Shown in pieces: positions 19,200-28,439 of a stretch of DNA of 64,000 bases. The first letter of the stretch is position 1, and the number at the start of each line of letters is the position of its first letter. The notes under the pieces are model-generated. The model saw only the letters and a program-made list of their open reading frames with translations, had not been told where the DNA came from and ran no database searches. Source of the stretch: Methanomassiliicoccales archaeon (GTDB lineage Archaea > Thermoplasmatota > Thermoplasmata > RBG-16-68-12 > SOIM01); the NCBI GenBank assembly GCA_030593885.1, contig JAUVGH010000003.1:3011-67010 (forward strand), written 5' to 3'. The translations under genes were made by a program, and so were the position numbers.

Positions 19200-19837
19200 C
19201 GCTTCACCTCATACTCGAGGAGAATCCCATCCCCAAGCTGCGTCGATCGGGTCAGAGCAAGCGAAATGATATCCTCGAACGAGGCCGCACCCTCACCGCC
19301 TGCCATGGTGGGAGAACCAGTGCCCCCGATGATCATGCTTCCAACGAATACCTTGAGCTCATCGGCGAGCCCTTCTTTCAAGAACGACCAGATCACCGTT
19401 TCCCCGCCTTCCACAAGCAGTTTCCGTATGCGCCTTTCGTACAAGAACTCCACCGCGGCAGAAAGGTCCACCTTCTCATCCCCGAACCTTGCGACCTCGG
19501 CCTCGCCGAATGTTGATTTAGAAGATCGGGTGGTAAGTATCAAGGTGGGTGCGTCATCACTCAGGACCTCGGAGTCCATCGGTGTCCTACCCTTCGAATC
19601 CAGCACGACACGCAGGGGATTCCTGACCTCATCCACGTGCTTCTTCTTCACGGTGAGCTTGGGATCATCCGATAGAATGGTGCCGATGCCGACGAGGATC
19701 GCGTCGCACTCATTCCTGAGTCTGTGGACTCTCGCCATGTCCTCTTCGTTCGATATCCTCGTCTGCTTTCGGGAGGGCAGAGCGATCTTGCCGTCTGCTG
19801 ACAATGCACAGTTGATAATGGTATGTGGACGCAACAC
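19196..19837 (-). CDS. ribD: 2,5-diamino-6-ribosylamino-4(3H)-pyrimidinone 5'-phosphate reductase (RibD C-terminal-type, archaeal riboflavin pathway)
   Basis: INCALSADGKIA, DAILVGIGTILSDDPKLTV, LLVEGGETV and VGSMIIGG. Confidence 0.78.
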   Translation of the reverse strand: MLRPHTIINCALSADGKIALPSRKQTRISNEEDMARVHRLRNECDAILVGIGTILSDDPKLTVKKKHVDEVRNPLRVVLDSKGRTPMDSEVLSDDAPTLILTTRSSKSTFGEAEVARFGDEKVDLSAAVEFLYERRIRKLLVEGGETVIWSFLKEGLADELKVFVGSMIIGGTGSPTMAGGEGAASFEDIISLALTRSTQLGDGILLEYEVKR

Positions 19838-19887
19838 CCAGGGTATTCACGCTCCTCATAATAATTGTTGGTAATCTAATCAAGAGG

Positions 19888-19895
19888 TTTAAGTA
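19888..19895 (+). promoter_or_regulatory. Candidate TATA box (TTTAAGTA) for the PAC2 gene
   Basis: 31 bp upstream of ATG 19919, which implies a leaderless transcript. Confidence 0.4.
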
Positions 19896-19918
19896 GGGAT
19901 AGTGAATTTGCCTTCTTA

Positions 19919-20698
19919 ATGGCTCCACAGGGTGATGTCCACATATACGAATTGAAGAGGATGGACCTTAAGGGGGCGACCGTTATCGACGGCTTTCCGA
20001 GCGTCGGTCTGGTCAGTTCCATAGTGGCGAACTATCTCATTAACGCCCTCTCACTCGAACAGATAGGCATGATGGACTCTGTCTACTTCCCAACGGTTTC
20101 CCTCATCAGAGAGGGTGAGCCGATGAACCCGGTGAGGATCTATGCCGGGAAGGAGCCCTCGGGTAAGCCCCATGACAAGATAGTGGTGTTCATCTCCGAG
20201 TTCCAGCCACCTCCGAACCTCATAAAGGTGATTGCATCGACAGTACTGGACTGGGCACAGGAACAGAAATGCAAAATGATGGTGTGCCCCGAGGGACTGA
20301 TAGTCGATAAGGACAAGGACATGGCGGTCGACGAGAACATCATGGTGTACGGAATAGGCAGTACGAAAGAGGGTTCGGAACTACTGAAGAACCATGACGT
20401 GACCATCTTCGAGGAAGGTGTGATCACCGGTGTCGCGGGAGTTCTCCTGAACGAGGGCAAGAAGAGGGATTTCAACGTCCTCAGCCTTCTATCCGAGGCG
20501 CATCCAGATTATCCGGACGCAAGGGCAGCTGCCAGAGTCATAGAGACGATAGACAAACTGCTTCTGCACACCGAACTTGACGCACAGCCGTTGTACGAAG
20601 AGGCGGAGCGGATCGAAGACCAGCTGAAGACGATACACGCACAGACGCAGGTGGCAAAGAAGGCCCCTGTTCCAACGCGGCCTTCCATGTACGGCTAG
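19919..20698 (+). CDS. PAC2-family proteasome assembly chaperone-like protein
   Basis: ATVIDGFPSVGLVSSIVANYLI and the later GVITGVAGVLL are typical of archaeal PAC2 (PF09754) proteins. Confidence 0.68.
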   Translation: MAPQGDVHIYELKRMDLKGATVIDGFPSVGLVSSIVANYLINALSLEQIGMMDSVYFPTVSLIREGEPMNPVRIYAGKEPSGKPHDKIVVFISEFQPPPNLIKVIASTVLDWAQEQKCKMMVCPEGLIVDKDKDMAVDENIMVYGIGSTKEGSELLKNHDVTIFEEGVITGVAGVLLNEGKKRDFNVLSLLSEAHPDYPDARAAARVIETIDKLLLHTELDAQPLYEEAERIEDQLKTIHAQTQVAKKAPVPTRPSMYG

Positions 20699-20699
20699 A

Positions 20700-21731
20700 T
20701 CATCCGGGCCTTACGCTGATCTTGTGCAGATTTCCAACCGCGGTCTTTTTGAATTCCACATCGAAGAACTGTTCAATGAGCCACATGTTGGTCTTGATGT
20801 GATTCGTCAGTTCCCTTGCGAGAAAGGATGATTCCCCTTCGGCCATAGCCATGTAGGGCAGTATCTGGTCAGAAAGGTGGATGTCCAGCGTTGCACCGCT
20901 CTTGATCTCCTTCCAAAGCTCTTTTGATGCAATCTCACCCACGGTCTCGGCCTTGACACCTCTTTCGGCAGTTGCGTTCCCTCCCAGCACAGTGTCTTCA
21001 TTCTCCGCCCAGAGAGCGATCGCCCCGCCTTGACCAAACGCCTCATCGCCGCCGTATACCCTGGAGACGATGTCCGGTCTCCCCAGCCTAATGAGGTCTT
21101 TCTTTGCAGATTTCGTCATCCGTTCAGGGATGTGGTCAGGCAGATTGCTAACGTGTGAGATACCTTTGATCATCAGCTGTCCCTTCAGTTCATCCAGTTG
21201 CAGGGGTGAAAGCGTTTCTTTGGGTTCGATGTGAAGTACGACCTTTCCTCCGCCTTTGGGATAATAGCCCCTCTTGACGCTCTCCACCTTTGCGAAGACA
21301 CCCATCTTCCCGACCATTGGCAGGAACACGTTCTGGAAGTAGTCCATAGGAGGAGCCCAGCGTACATCTGTACCTCCGGTGACTGTCAGAACGCTCTTCG
21401 TGGGTGCGTGAAGTGCGGGTATGAAGCACGCCTGGAAGACAAGTGTGATGCTGCCTGCAGTCCCGATATCGAACCGGAACTTCCCGCCTCTCAATTCTCC
21501 CGGATGAAACTCGACCGCCTGGGACCCCATGTTCAAACCTTCCACTTGGGCATTGCAAATTTCTCCAACTGACCTGATCGCGGTCAGGTGCTGTGCGGCC
21601 AGACCAGGTTTCTTTCTTCCTGCCCTGATATTCACAATCTTGACATCCTTGCCTGTGACCGCCGACAGAGCGACTGACGTCCTGAGGATCTGTCCGCCTC
21701 CCTCTCCATATGAGCCGTCTATCTCGATCAT
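20700..21731 (-). CDS. rtcA: RNA 3'-terminal phosphate cyclase
   Basis: [28 protein letters not shown]...[16 protein letters not shown] and the [11 protein letters not shown] region (active-site His). Confidence 0.9.
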   Translation of the reverse strand: MIEIDGSYGEGGGQILRTSVALSAVTGKDVKIVNIRAGRKKPGLAAQHLTAIRSVGEICNAQVEGLNMGSQAVEFHPGELRGGKFRFDIGTAGSITLVFQACFIPALHAPTKSVLTVTGGTDVRWAPPMDYFQNVFLPMVGKMGVFAKVESVKRGYYPKGGGKVVLHIEPKETLSPLQLDELKGQLMIKGISHVSNLPDHIPERMTKSAKKDLIRLGRPDIVSRVYGGDEAFGQGGAIALWAENEDTVLGGNATAERGVKAETVGEIASKELWKEIKSGATLDIHLSDQILPYMAMAEGESSFLARELTNHIKTNMWLIEQFFDVEFKKTAVGNLHKISVRPG

Positions 21732-21790
21732 TCCCGCACCTTACTGATAACGCAACTCATTCCTGTATCTAATGGTTTCTTGCCACCGAT

Positions 21791-22069
21791 TCACTCCAAC
21801 CAGGAATATCCCGAACTCCGATGGAAAATCCTCACAACGAGAATCTCACTCTCTTTGATGGTATACACCACTCGATAATCCCCGACGCGCAATCGGAAGT
21901 AATCCCTCCTGGGACCCTTGAGTGGGCTGATATCAGCCTTCGGTCGAGAACGGGTCGGATCATCACCTATCTCAATGAGAGCTTTCTTGACACATTCCCT
22001 GGTCCCCTCTTCCAGAATGCGCAGTTGCTTTCTGGCGGTCTGGGAGACCAGCACTTCATACTTCGTCAA
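21791..22069 (-). CDS. relE: RelE/ParE-family type II toxin
   Basis: 92 aa ending FRLRVGDYRVVYTIKESEILVVRIFHRS, the RelE core pattern. It overlaps the upstream small gene by 14 bp. Confidence 0.75.
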   Translation of the reverse strand: MTKYEVLVSQTARKQLRILEEGTRECVKKALIEIGDDPTRSRPKADISPLKGPRRDYFRLRVGDYRVVYTIKESEILVVRIFHRSSGYSWLE

Positions 22070-22244
22070 GGGGAACGAACTCCTCCTTGTCCACTATCCT
22101 ATCCAGATCCGCGTAGAATTCGATTTCCCTGGCAGCCTTCATCAACCGTCTGACGAGCTTGTCGTATGTCTCACCCTTGTGCCCTATCTCCCGGAGCCTA
22201 TCCCGGGTATCCTTCTGAATTTGTATCGTAGTAACCTGGCTCAT
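22056..22244 (-). CDS. Putative antitoxin partner of RelE
   Basis: 62-aa ORF directly upstream of and overlapping relE. The N-terminal beta-strand/helix (TTIQIQKDTRDRLREI) is consistent with an RHH/AbrB-like DNA binder. Confidence 0.55.
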   Translation of the reverse strand: MSQVTTIQIQKDTRDRLREIGHKGETYDKLVRRLMKAAREIEFYADLDRIVDKEEFVPLDEV

Positions 22245-22265
22245 GACAACACCCTTATGGACTTC

Positions 22266-22285
22266 TATATGTTATTATATGTTAT
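22266..22285. repeat. Tandem 10-mer TATATGTTAT x2 in the divergent promoter spacer
   Basis: A perfect direct duplication followed by ATATAG. It lies 22-41 bp upstream of the antitoxin start (22244, minus strand). Confidence 0.6.
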
Positions 22286-22388
22286 ATATAGTTTTCTTGA
22301 TACCAGGCCCTGCACGGTTCTCAGGCCCGATTTTGTCGGGATGAGGACAAAGAGTTTATTTACCGCATACATTGTGAGTAAGAATTCC

Positions 22389-22928
22389 ATGGCACCCACA
22401 ATACACCCCACAGCACATGTGTCCGAGGACGCCCAAATCGGAGAAGGGACCCAGGTCTGGCACGAGGTCCAGATCAGGGAAGGAGCGAAAGTGGGCAAGG
22501 ACTGCAAACTGGGCAAGTGCGTCTACATAGGCGTGGACGTGGAGATCGGCGATAACTGCAAGATCCAGAACAGGGCCACAATCTACCAGGGGGTCAAAGT
22601 GGGCAGTGATGTTTTCATAGGCCCTCACGTGGTGTTCACCAACGACCTCTATCCAAGAGCGGCAACTGTCGACTGGAAGGTCGTTCCAACGATCGTCAAG
22701 GACGGAAGCTCCATAGGAGCCAATTCGACCATACTCTGCGGCATAACCATCGGGGAATACGCCATGATCGGAGCGGGTTCGGTGGTGACAAGGGATGTGG
22801 AGCCCCATGAGCTCATAATTGGCAACCCGGCCAAGAGAGTGGGGTACGTCTGTCACTGCGGCAGGAAACTGATGAACAACTACTGCGAGCACTGCAACAA
22901 GAAAGCGAACGTGGGAGCTTTCGAATGA
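22389..22928 (+). CDS. Left-handed beta-helix N-acetyltransferase (WbpD-like, acting on a 3-amino sugar nucleotide)
   Basis: The internal ATG gives MAPTIHPTAHVSEDAQIGEGTQVWH, followed by hexapeptide repeats and GNPAKRVGYVCHCG. The track ORF 21918..22928 has an implausible 5' extension across the TA genes. Confidence 0.78.
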   Translation: MAPTIHPTAHVSEDAQIGEGTQVWHEVQIREGAKVGKDCKLGKCVYIGVDVEIGDNCKIQNRATIYQGVKVGSDVFIGPHVVFTNDLYPRAATVDWKVVPTIVKDGSSIGANSTILCGITIGEYAMIGAGSVVTRDVEPHELIIGNPAKRVGYVCHCGRKLMNNYCEHCNKKANVGAFE

Positions 22929-24022
22929 TACCCATCGCCAAGCCCAATATCGGGAAGGAGGAAGAAGAAGCCGTTCTGGAGGTTCTCAGGTCCGGAATGC
23001 TGGCCAGGGGCCCCAAGACCAGGGAGTTCGAAGCTTCTTTCGCAGAGTATATCGGAACCGAACACGCCATAAGCACCAGCTCCGGGACGACGGCACTTCA
23101 CATCGCACTCCTTGCGAACGGGATAGGAAAGGACGATGAGGTCCTGATACCACCAGTGACCTTCTTCGCAACTGCATCTACGGTCCTGTTCTGCGGGGCC
23201 AAACCCGTTTTTGTCGACATCGATCCGGACACCTTCAACATGGACGTTGGTAAGGTGGAAGAAGCAATCACTCCCAATACCAAGGCAGTTGTGCCGGTTC
23301 ACATGTACGGACAGCCAGTGGACATGAAACCTCTGATGGAGATAGCGGAGAATCATGACCTGAAAATCATCGAGGACGCCTGCCAGTCCCACGGGGCAGA
23401 GTATGATGGTAAGAAAGTGGGCACCTTTGGTGATGCTTCTTGTTTCAGCTTCTACCCGACCAAGAACATGGTCGCTGGCGAGGGCGGAATGATAACCACT
23501 GATGACGCTGACCTCAAGACCGAGTGCATGCTCCTGAGGGAACACGGGGAGATCACCCATTATGAACACATTGTTCTGGGGTACAACTTCAGGATGACAG
23601 AGATAGGGGCGGCCATCGGAGTGGAACAGCTCAAGAAGCTGCCTGGGTTCATCGAGAAGAGACAGACGAACGCGAAGAGACTGAACGAGGGATTCGGCGA
23701 CCTGAAAGGCATCCAGACCCCGAAGGTCATTGATAATGCATCACACGTTTACTATCAGTACATCATCAAGGTTGACGATTTCCCGTTGAACAGGGACGAA
23801 TTGGTCGAGTTCTTGAAGAGCAAGGAAATTGGGGCCAGAGCAAGCTATCCAAAACCTCTCAGCGAGCAGGCGATACTCAGAACATTGGGTGCGAGTGCGG
23901 ATTGTCCGGTAGCAAGGGAAGTGCTACCAAAGATGATGGAACTCCCGGTGCATCCACTAGTATCGGATGAAGATATCACTTACATTATCGACACGGTCAA
24001 GGTCATGGGGGGGACTTGGTAA
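22925..24022 (+). CDS. DegT/DnrJ/EryC1/StrS-family PLP aminotransferase (WbpE-like)
   Basis: MIPIAKPNIGKEEEEAVLEVLRSGML, EDACQSHGA and SFYPTKNM (PLP lysine). ATGA overlap with the acetyltransferase gene. Confidence 0.85.
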   Translation: MIPIAKPNIGKEEEEAVLEVLRSGMLARGPKTREFEASFAEYIGTEHAISTSSGTTALHIALLANGIGKDDEVLIPPVTFFATASTVLFCGAKPVFVDIDPDTFNMDVGKVEEAITPNTKAVVPVHMYGQPVDMKPLMEIAENHDLKIIEDACQSHGAEYDGKKVGTFGDASCFSFYPTKNMVAGEGGMITTDDADLKTECMLLREHGEITHYEHIVLGYNFRMTEIGAAIGVEQLKKLPGFIEKRQTNAKRLNEGFGDLKGIQTPKVIDNASHVYYQYIIKVDDFPLNRDELVEFLKSKEIGARASYPKPLSEQAILRTLGASADCPVAREVLPKMMELPVHPLVSDEDITYIIDTVKVMGGTW

Positions 24023-25000
24023 ATGCTGAACACAGGCGTCATTGGTGTAGGATCCATGGGCAAGAACCACGCGAGGGTTCTCTCAGAGATATCCAACCTG
24101 GTTGGGATCGCGGACCCGGACAAGAGCGCTGGACAATCGGTGGCCAGCAAGACCGGAGCCCAGTACTTCGAAGACTATCACGACATGCTCGATGAGGACA
24201 TCCAGGCCGTCTGCATCGCGACCCCGACCGAGATGCATTTCGGCATCGCCCAGGACGCGATATCCAAGGGCATCCACTTCCTGGTGGAGAAGCCCATGTG
24301 CTCGACGCTGGAGGACTCGGAGAAACTGGTCGGTCTGGCGAAGGACGCAGGACTCACCATGGCAGTTGGACACATCGAGAGGCATAACCCTGTAGTTGGA
24401 TTCACCAAGAAAGCTCTCGAAGACGGCGCCTACGGAGATGCGATCGCCCTAGCAGCCAGGCGGGTGAGCTCTTTCCCTGAGAGGATAAAGGACGTTGGGG
24501 TGATAATGGACCTCGGGATACACGATATTGACGTGATGAGATACCTCCTGGGAAGCGAGGTGGAGAGCGTCTTCACACAGGGAAGAAGGCGGAAGCATGA
24601 GGTCTTCGAGGACCATGCAAACATACTCCTTGACTTCGAAAACGGGACCACTGGATTCGTTGAGATAAACTGGTTGACGCCCATGAAGGTCAGGAAACTT
24701 TCACTGACATGTTCCAAGAACTTCGTGGAGCTGGATTACGTCAAGCAGTCGCTGGTGATCTCCTCCTCAACGTTGGGCGAGTTCGATCCGTTCAACCTGT
24801 ACCAGATACATCTGGAATACGACATCAGAAGGGTCTCCCTGCAGAAAGAGGAGCCTCTCAAGAACGAGCTCAATGATCTTCTGGATGCGGTGAACGAGAA
24901 GCGGGACCCACTGGTCAGCGGTGAGGATGGCTTGCAGACAATGAGAGTGGTGATGGCTGCCGCGGAATCCAGTAAGATCAAGAAAAAGGTAGAGCTCTAG
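24023..25000 (+). CDS. Gfo/Idh/MocA-family NAD oxidoreductase (WbpB-like)
   Basis: GVIGVGSMGKNHARV Rossmann start, VEKPM, and the GHIERHNP region. It starts directly after the aminotransferase stop. Confidence 0.8.
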   Translation: MLNTGVIGVGSMGKNHARVLSEISNLVGIADPDKSAGQSVASKTGAQYFEDYHDMLDEDIQAVCIATPTEMHFGIAQDAISKGIHFLVEKPMCSTLEDSEKLVGLAKDAGLTMAVGHIERHNPVVGFTKKALEDGAYGDAIALAARRVSSFPERIKDVGVIMDLGIHDIDVMRYLLGSEVESVFTQGRRRKHEVFEDHANILLDFENGTTGFVEINWLTPMKVRKLSLTCSKNFVELDYVKQSLVISSSTLGEFDPFNLYQIHLEYDIRRVSLQKEEPLKNELNDLLDAVNEKRDPLVSGEDGLQTMRVVMAAAESSKIKKKVEL

Positions 25001-26295
25001 TGCTTCTTGCCGATGCCTTTGTAGACGAATCCCTCTTTGATGCATTTCTTCCTTTCGAAGAGGTCCCTTCCATCGATGATTATCGAGTTCCTCATCTTCT
25101 GCACCAGATTCTTCAGCTTCAAGTTCTTGTAGCGAGAGTGAGCGGTCACGAAGATCGCACAGTCTGCTCCGACCAGTGCCTTGTTTAGGTCGCCAGTCAT
25201 CTCCAATCCATCCACGGCTTTGACGTACGGGTCGTGAACGATGACCTCTGAACCGATATCCATGAAGTGTTTGATCACAGGGGCGGCCGGCGTGTCCCTT
25301 GTGTCATCCGAATCCTCGATGAACGCGTAACCCATGACAGCTATCTTCGCTTTCTTTGGATTCACCTTGGACTCCTTCATTGCCTCCTCGGCCAGCTCTA
25401 TCATGTGAAAAGGCATGGAATCGTTGATCTCCCTCGCAGCGGGTATCAACTTGGGTTTGAAGGTCTTCCCAGAACCGTGCAATAAAAGCCAGGGATCCTT
25501 GGGCAGACAATGACCGCCGACACCAGAACCGGGGAAGTGCATGGCCCTGGAAGGGGAGGTGTTGACCAGCTTCCTCAATTCGAAAACGTCTATTCCCAGT
25601 TCTTCAGAAAGATAAGCCAGTTCGTTTGCGAAAGCGATCTGCGTGTCCCTGTACGCGTTCTCGGTGGTCTTGGTGACCTCGGCCGTGAGCGAGTCGGTGA
25701 CGTACATCTTGGCCTTGATGATCTTCTTGTACAGCTCCTTGGCCTTCTTTGAACTTGCTTCGTTAATGCCGCCTATGATCTTGTTATAGTTGGTGATGGC
25801 CTCCAGAAGCACGCCCGCCCTCAACCTCTCTGGGCAGTGTGCGAGATAGAAGTCCTCTCCCGCTTCCAGGCCGGATTCCTTTTCCAGGATGGGTTTGACC
25901 AGATCGGTCGTGGTCCTGGGAGCGATCGTTGATTCGATGGACACCAGCGTGTCCTTGCTGAGGTTCTTGCCGACCGAAGTGAGAGCGGACCTGAGAGCTT
26001 TGTATCTGGGAACGTTCTTGTCATCCACTGGGGTCTCGACCATGATCAAAATGGCGTAGGCGCGTTTGCATTCGGAGTAATCGTCAGTTGCTTTCAGCTT
26101 GCCTGCCTTGTGGACCTTCTTGAGAAGTTCGTCCAGTCCTGGCTCCTTGCCCTTGATGGGGGATTCGCCCCTGTTGATCATATCGATCTTTGACTGGACA
26201 ATGTCGATCCCGACGACTTTGAATCCGGCATTCGCGAAGCAGCAGGCAACGGGAGTGCCGACGTACCCCAGCCCGACTATCACTACTTTCTTCAT
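24997..26295 (-). CDS. UDP-N-acetyl-hexosamine 6-dehydrogenase (UDP-glucose/GDP-mannose dehydrogenase family; WbpA/WecC-like)
   Basis: The start at the internal ATG gives MKKVVIVGLGYVGTPVACCFA, and the catalytic Cys context is GSGVGGHCLPKDP. The 21-codon extension in the track ORF overlaps corA. Confidence 0.85.
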   Translation of the reverse strand: MKKVVIVGLGYVGTPVACCFANAGFKVVGIDIVQSKIDMINRGESPIKGKEPGLDELLKKVHKAGKLKATDDYSECKRAYAILIMVETPVDDKNVPRYKALRSALTSVGKNLSKDTLVSIESTIAPRTTTDLVKPILEKESGLEAGEDFYLAHCPERLRAGVLLEAITNYNKIIGGINEASSKKAKELYKKIIKAKMYVTDSLTAEVTKTTENAYRDTQIAFANELAYLSEELGIDVFELRKLVNTSPSRAMHFPGSGVGGHCLPKDPWLLLHGSGKTFKPKLIPAAREINDSMPFHMIELAEEAMKESKVNPKKAKIAVMGYAFIEDSDDTRDTPAAPVIKHFMDIGSEVIVHDPYVKAVDGLEMTGDLNKALVGADCAIFVTAHSRYKNLKLKNLVQKMRNSIIIDGRDLFERKKCIKEGFVYKGIGKKH

Positions 26296-26344
26296 GGCGA
26301 CATCACAAGAACAACATGACCATATTAACCTTATTGCTGAGGGG

Positions 26345-27331
26345 CTACAGCCAGTCAAGTCGCCTGAAGATATACAAAAGGAGCACGGCCCAACCTGCTG
26401 AAATGGTGGCTATTATCCAGAATGCAAAAGGGTTGTTCTCGAGCGGAAGACCCACGTTCATCCCGTAGAGGGACGCGATGAGTGTGGGCAGCATCAGGAT
26501 CAGGGATATGGATGCCAGTATCTTCAGAACAAGATTCAGATTGTTGGATATTGATGACTGATAGGCGTCAAGCGTACTGGAAAGGAGCTCTCGGTACATG
26601 GATACGGTCTCATGCTGCTGTCGGGTGTCGATCTCGATGTCCTCCAGCCTCTCCATTAGTTCCTCGGGGTACTCCTTCTTCCTGTGCCTGAGCATCTGCC
26701 CAAGAGCGTTCAGGTTCCCGAAAATGGATGCATCCAGGAAGATCAGGTCATTGCTGAGCTGGTAGGCCTCCTGCACGGCCTCCTCCTTCAAGGATCTCAC
26801 GACGGTCGAACTGAACTCGGTGAGCTTCTGCTGGACGTACCTTGTGATAACGTTCACCCTTCTTATCTTGGTGCCGAGGATTGCGACGAGTATCTCCCTG
26901 GGCGTCTCAACGACCCTCTGCCGTTTCCTCTGCTGGAAATACGAGACCACATCGACGCTACTGGTATGAACGGTGACCAACTTGTCCTCTCTGATGAAGA
27001 AACCCACTGGTGCGGTAAGATACACGCCCATCCTCTGACCATGAGGAACCGGAACTCTGTACATCAAAAGGTAGTAATCCTCCTCGTCCTCGAACCTGGG
27101 CCTCTCATCCGGGTCCAGGGAATCGATGATGTCGTCGAGGGGTATGTTCAGCCCGTCTGCGACCTGGCGGATCTCATCACCGGAAGGATCGATGACATCG
27201 ACCCACAGCGCCTTCTCTAGGTCCACGGGTGCGATGGGTTGGATGTCCCTCCCTGCCGAAACATAGGTCCTGATCATCTGGAACGCCAATGGTTTGGTGT
27301 TATTTATATGGTTCTCGGAGGGAATGGACAC
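26345..27331 (-). CDS. corA: CorA-family magnesium/cobalt transporter
   Basis: Two C-terminal TM helices with the LYGMNV (GMN) signature. An alternative start is Met18 (27280). Confidence 0.85.
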   Translation of the reverse strand: MSIPSENHINNTKPLAFQMIRTYVSAGRDIQPIAPVDLEKALWVDVIDPSGDEIRQVADGLNIPLDDIIDSLDPDERPRFEDEEDYYLLMYRVPVPHGQRMGVYLTAPVGFFIREDKLVTVHTSSVDVVSYFQQRKRQRVVETPREILVAILGTKIRRVNVITRYVQQKLTEFSSTVVRSLKEEAVQEAYQLSNDLIFLDASIFGNLNALGQMLRHRKKEYPEELMERLEDIEIDTRQQHETVSMYRELLSSTLDAYQSSISNNLNLVLKILASISLILMLPTLIASLYGMNVGLPLENNPFAFWIIATISAGWAVLLLYIFRRLDWL

Positions 27332-27370
27332 AGAAAAGATTTAACTGCGTACAACTTTCGAGAGCCGTTC

Positions 27371-28435
27371 ATGAAGGTCATTTCGATAGTTGGCGCAAGA
27401 CCCCAGTTCATCAAGGCGGCACAGGTCTCCAGAGAAATCAGGAAGAGTCACCAAGAGATTATAGTTCACACCGGACAGCATTACGATCCCCCAATGAGCG
27501 GCAACTTCTTTGACGAACTCAAGATACCTAAGCCGGATTTCAATCTTGGAGTGGGTTCAGGTACACACGCAGAGCAGACGGGGAAGATGGTTGTGGGCGT
27601 CGAGAAGATACTGATGGATGAGGAACCCGACCTGGTCCTGGTCTACGGAGATACGAACTCCACTCTTGCAGGCGGATTGGCCGCCGTGAAGGTCCATGTA
27701 CCAGTAGCTCACGTGGAGGCTGGTCTTAGAAGTTTCAACAACAAGATGCCTGAGGAGATAAACCGGATCCTGGTCGACCGTATGTCGCAACTGTTATTCT
27801 GTCCAACGACGACCGCGGTGGAAAACCTGAAAAAGGAAGGGATCACCAAAGGAGTTCATCTGGTCGGGGACGTGATGTACGACGCCGTACTGCACAACAG
27901 AGAACTTGCCATGAAGAGCCAGATACTCGAGAAGCTGAAATTGAGGAAGAAGGAATACCTATTGGTCACGGTTCACAGGCCTTCGAACACTGATAAGAGA
28001 GAGAACCTGGAGGCAATTGTGGATGCTTTGATATCGTCCGGTGAGACCATCGTCCTTCCGGTCCATCCGAGGACCCTCAAATCCCTTAAGAAAGCCAAAC
28101 TCCACGCCAAGCTGGACGAGGCGATCAAGCTCATCGAACCAGCTGGATATCTGGATTTCACCTGTCTGGCCATGAACGCCAAGAAGATCCTCACTGACAG
28201 CGGAGGGGTGCAGAAGGAGGCCTACTTCCACGGCGTGCCATGCATTACATTGAGGGAAGAGACCGAGTGGGTGGAGACCGTGAAGGACGGGTGGAACGTT
28301 CTGGTGGGAGCTGATAAGGATAGGATCCTGGATGCTGTAAGGACCTTCGAACCGGATGGGGAGAGGGGAGAGAGTTACGGGGATGGAAAAGCGGGTGAGA
28401 AGATCTCCAGAATAATCGGTGAAGAACTGACCTGA
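27371..28435 (+). CDS. wecB: UDP-N-acetylglucosamine 2-epimerase (non-hydrolysing; WecB/WbpI-like)
   Basis: MKVISIVGARPQFIKAAQVS, HTGQHYD, YGDTNSTLAG, HVEAGLRS, PEEINR and DSGGVQKEA. Confidence 0.9.
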   Translation: MKVISIVGARPQFIKAAQVSREIRKSHQEIIVHTGQHYDPPMSGNFFDELKIPKPDFNLGVGSGTHAEQTGKMVVGVEKILMDEEPDLVLVYGDTNSTLAGGLAAVKVHVPVAHVEAGLRSFNNKMPEEINRILVDRMSQLLFCPTTTAVENLKKEGITKGVHLVGDVMYDAVLHNRELAMKSQILEKLKLRKKEYLLVTVHRPSNTDKRENLEAIVDALISSGETIVLPVHPRTLKSLKKAKLHAKLDEAIKLIEPAGYLDFTCLAMNAKKILTDSGGVQKEAYFHGVPCITLREETEWVETVKDGWNVLVGADKDRILDAVRTFEPDGERGESYGDGKAGEKISRIIGEELT

Positions 28436-28439
28436 TCTC

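Noticed and set aside
19080-19874. 264-aa plus-strand ORF
   Set aside because: It is antisense to the well-supported Mut7-C and RibD-like genes, and its product is Ser/Pro-rich low complexity.
22880-23569. 229-aa minus-strand ORF
   Set aside because: It is antisense to the DegT aminotransferase, which has unmistakable family motifs. High-GC genes often leave long open antisense frames.
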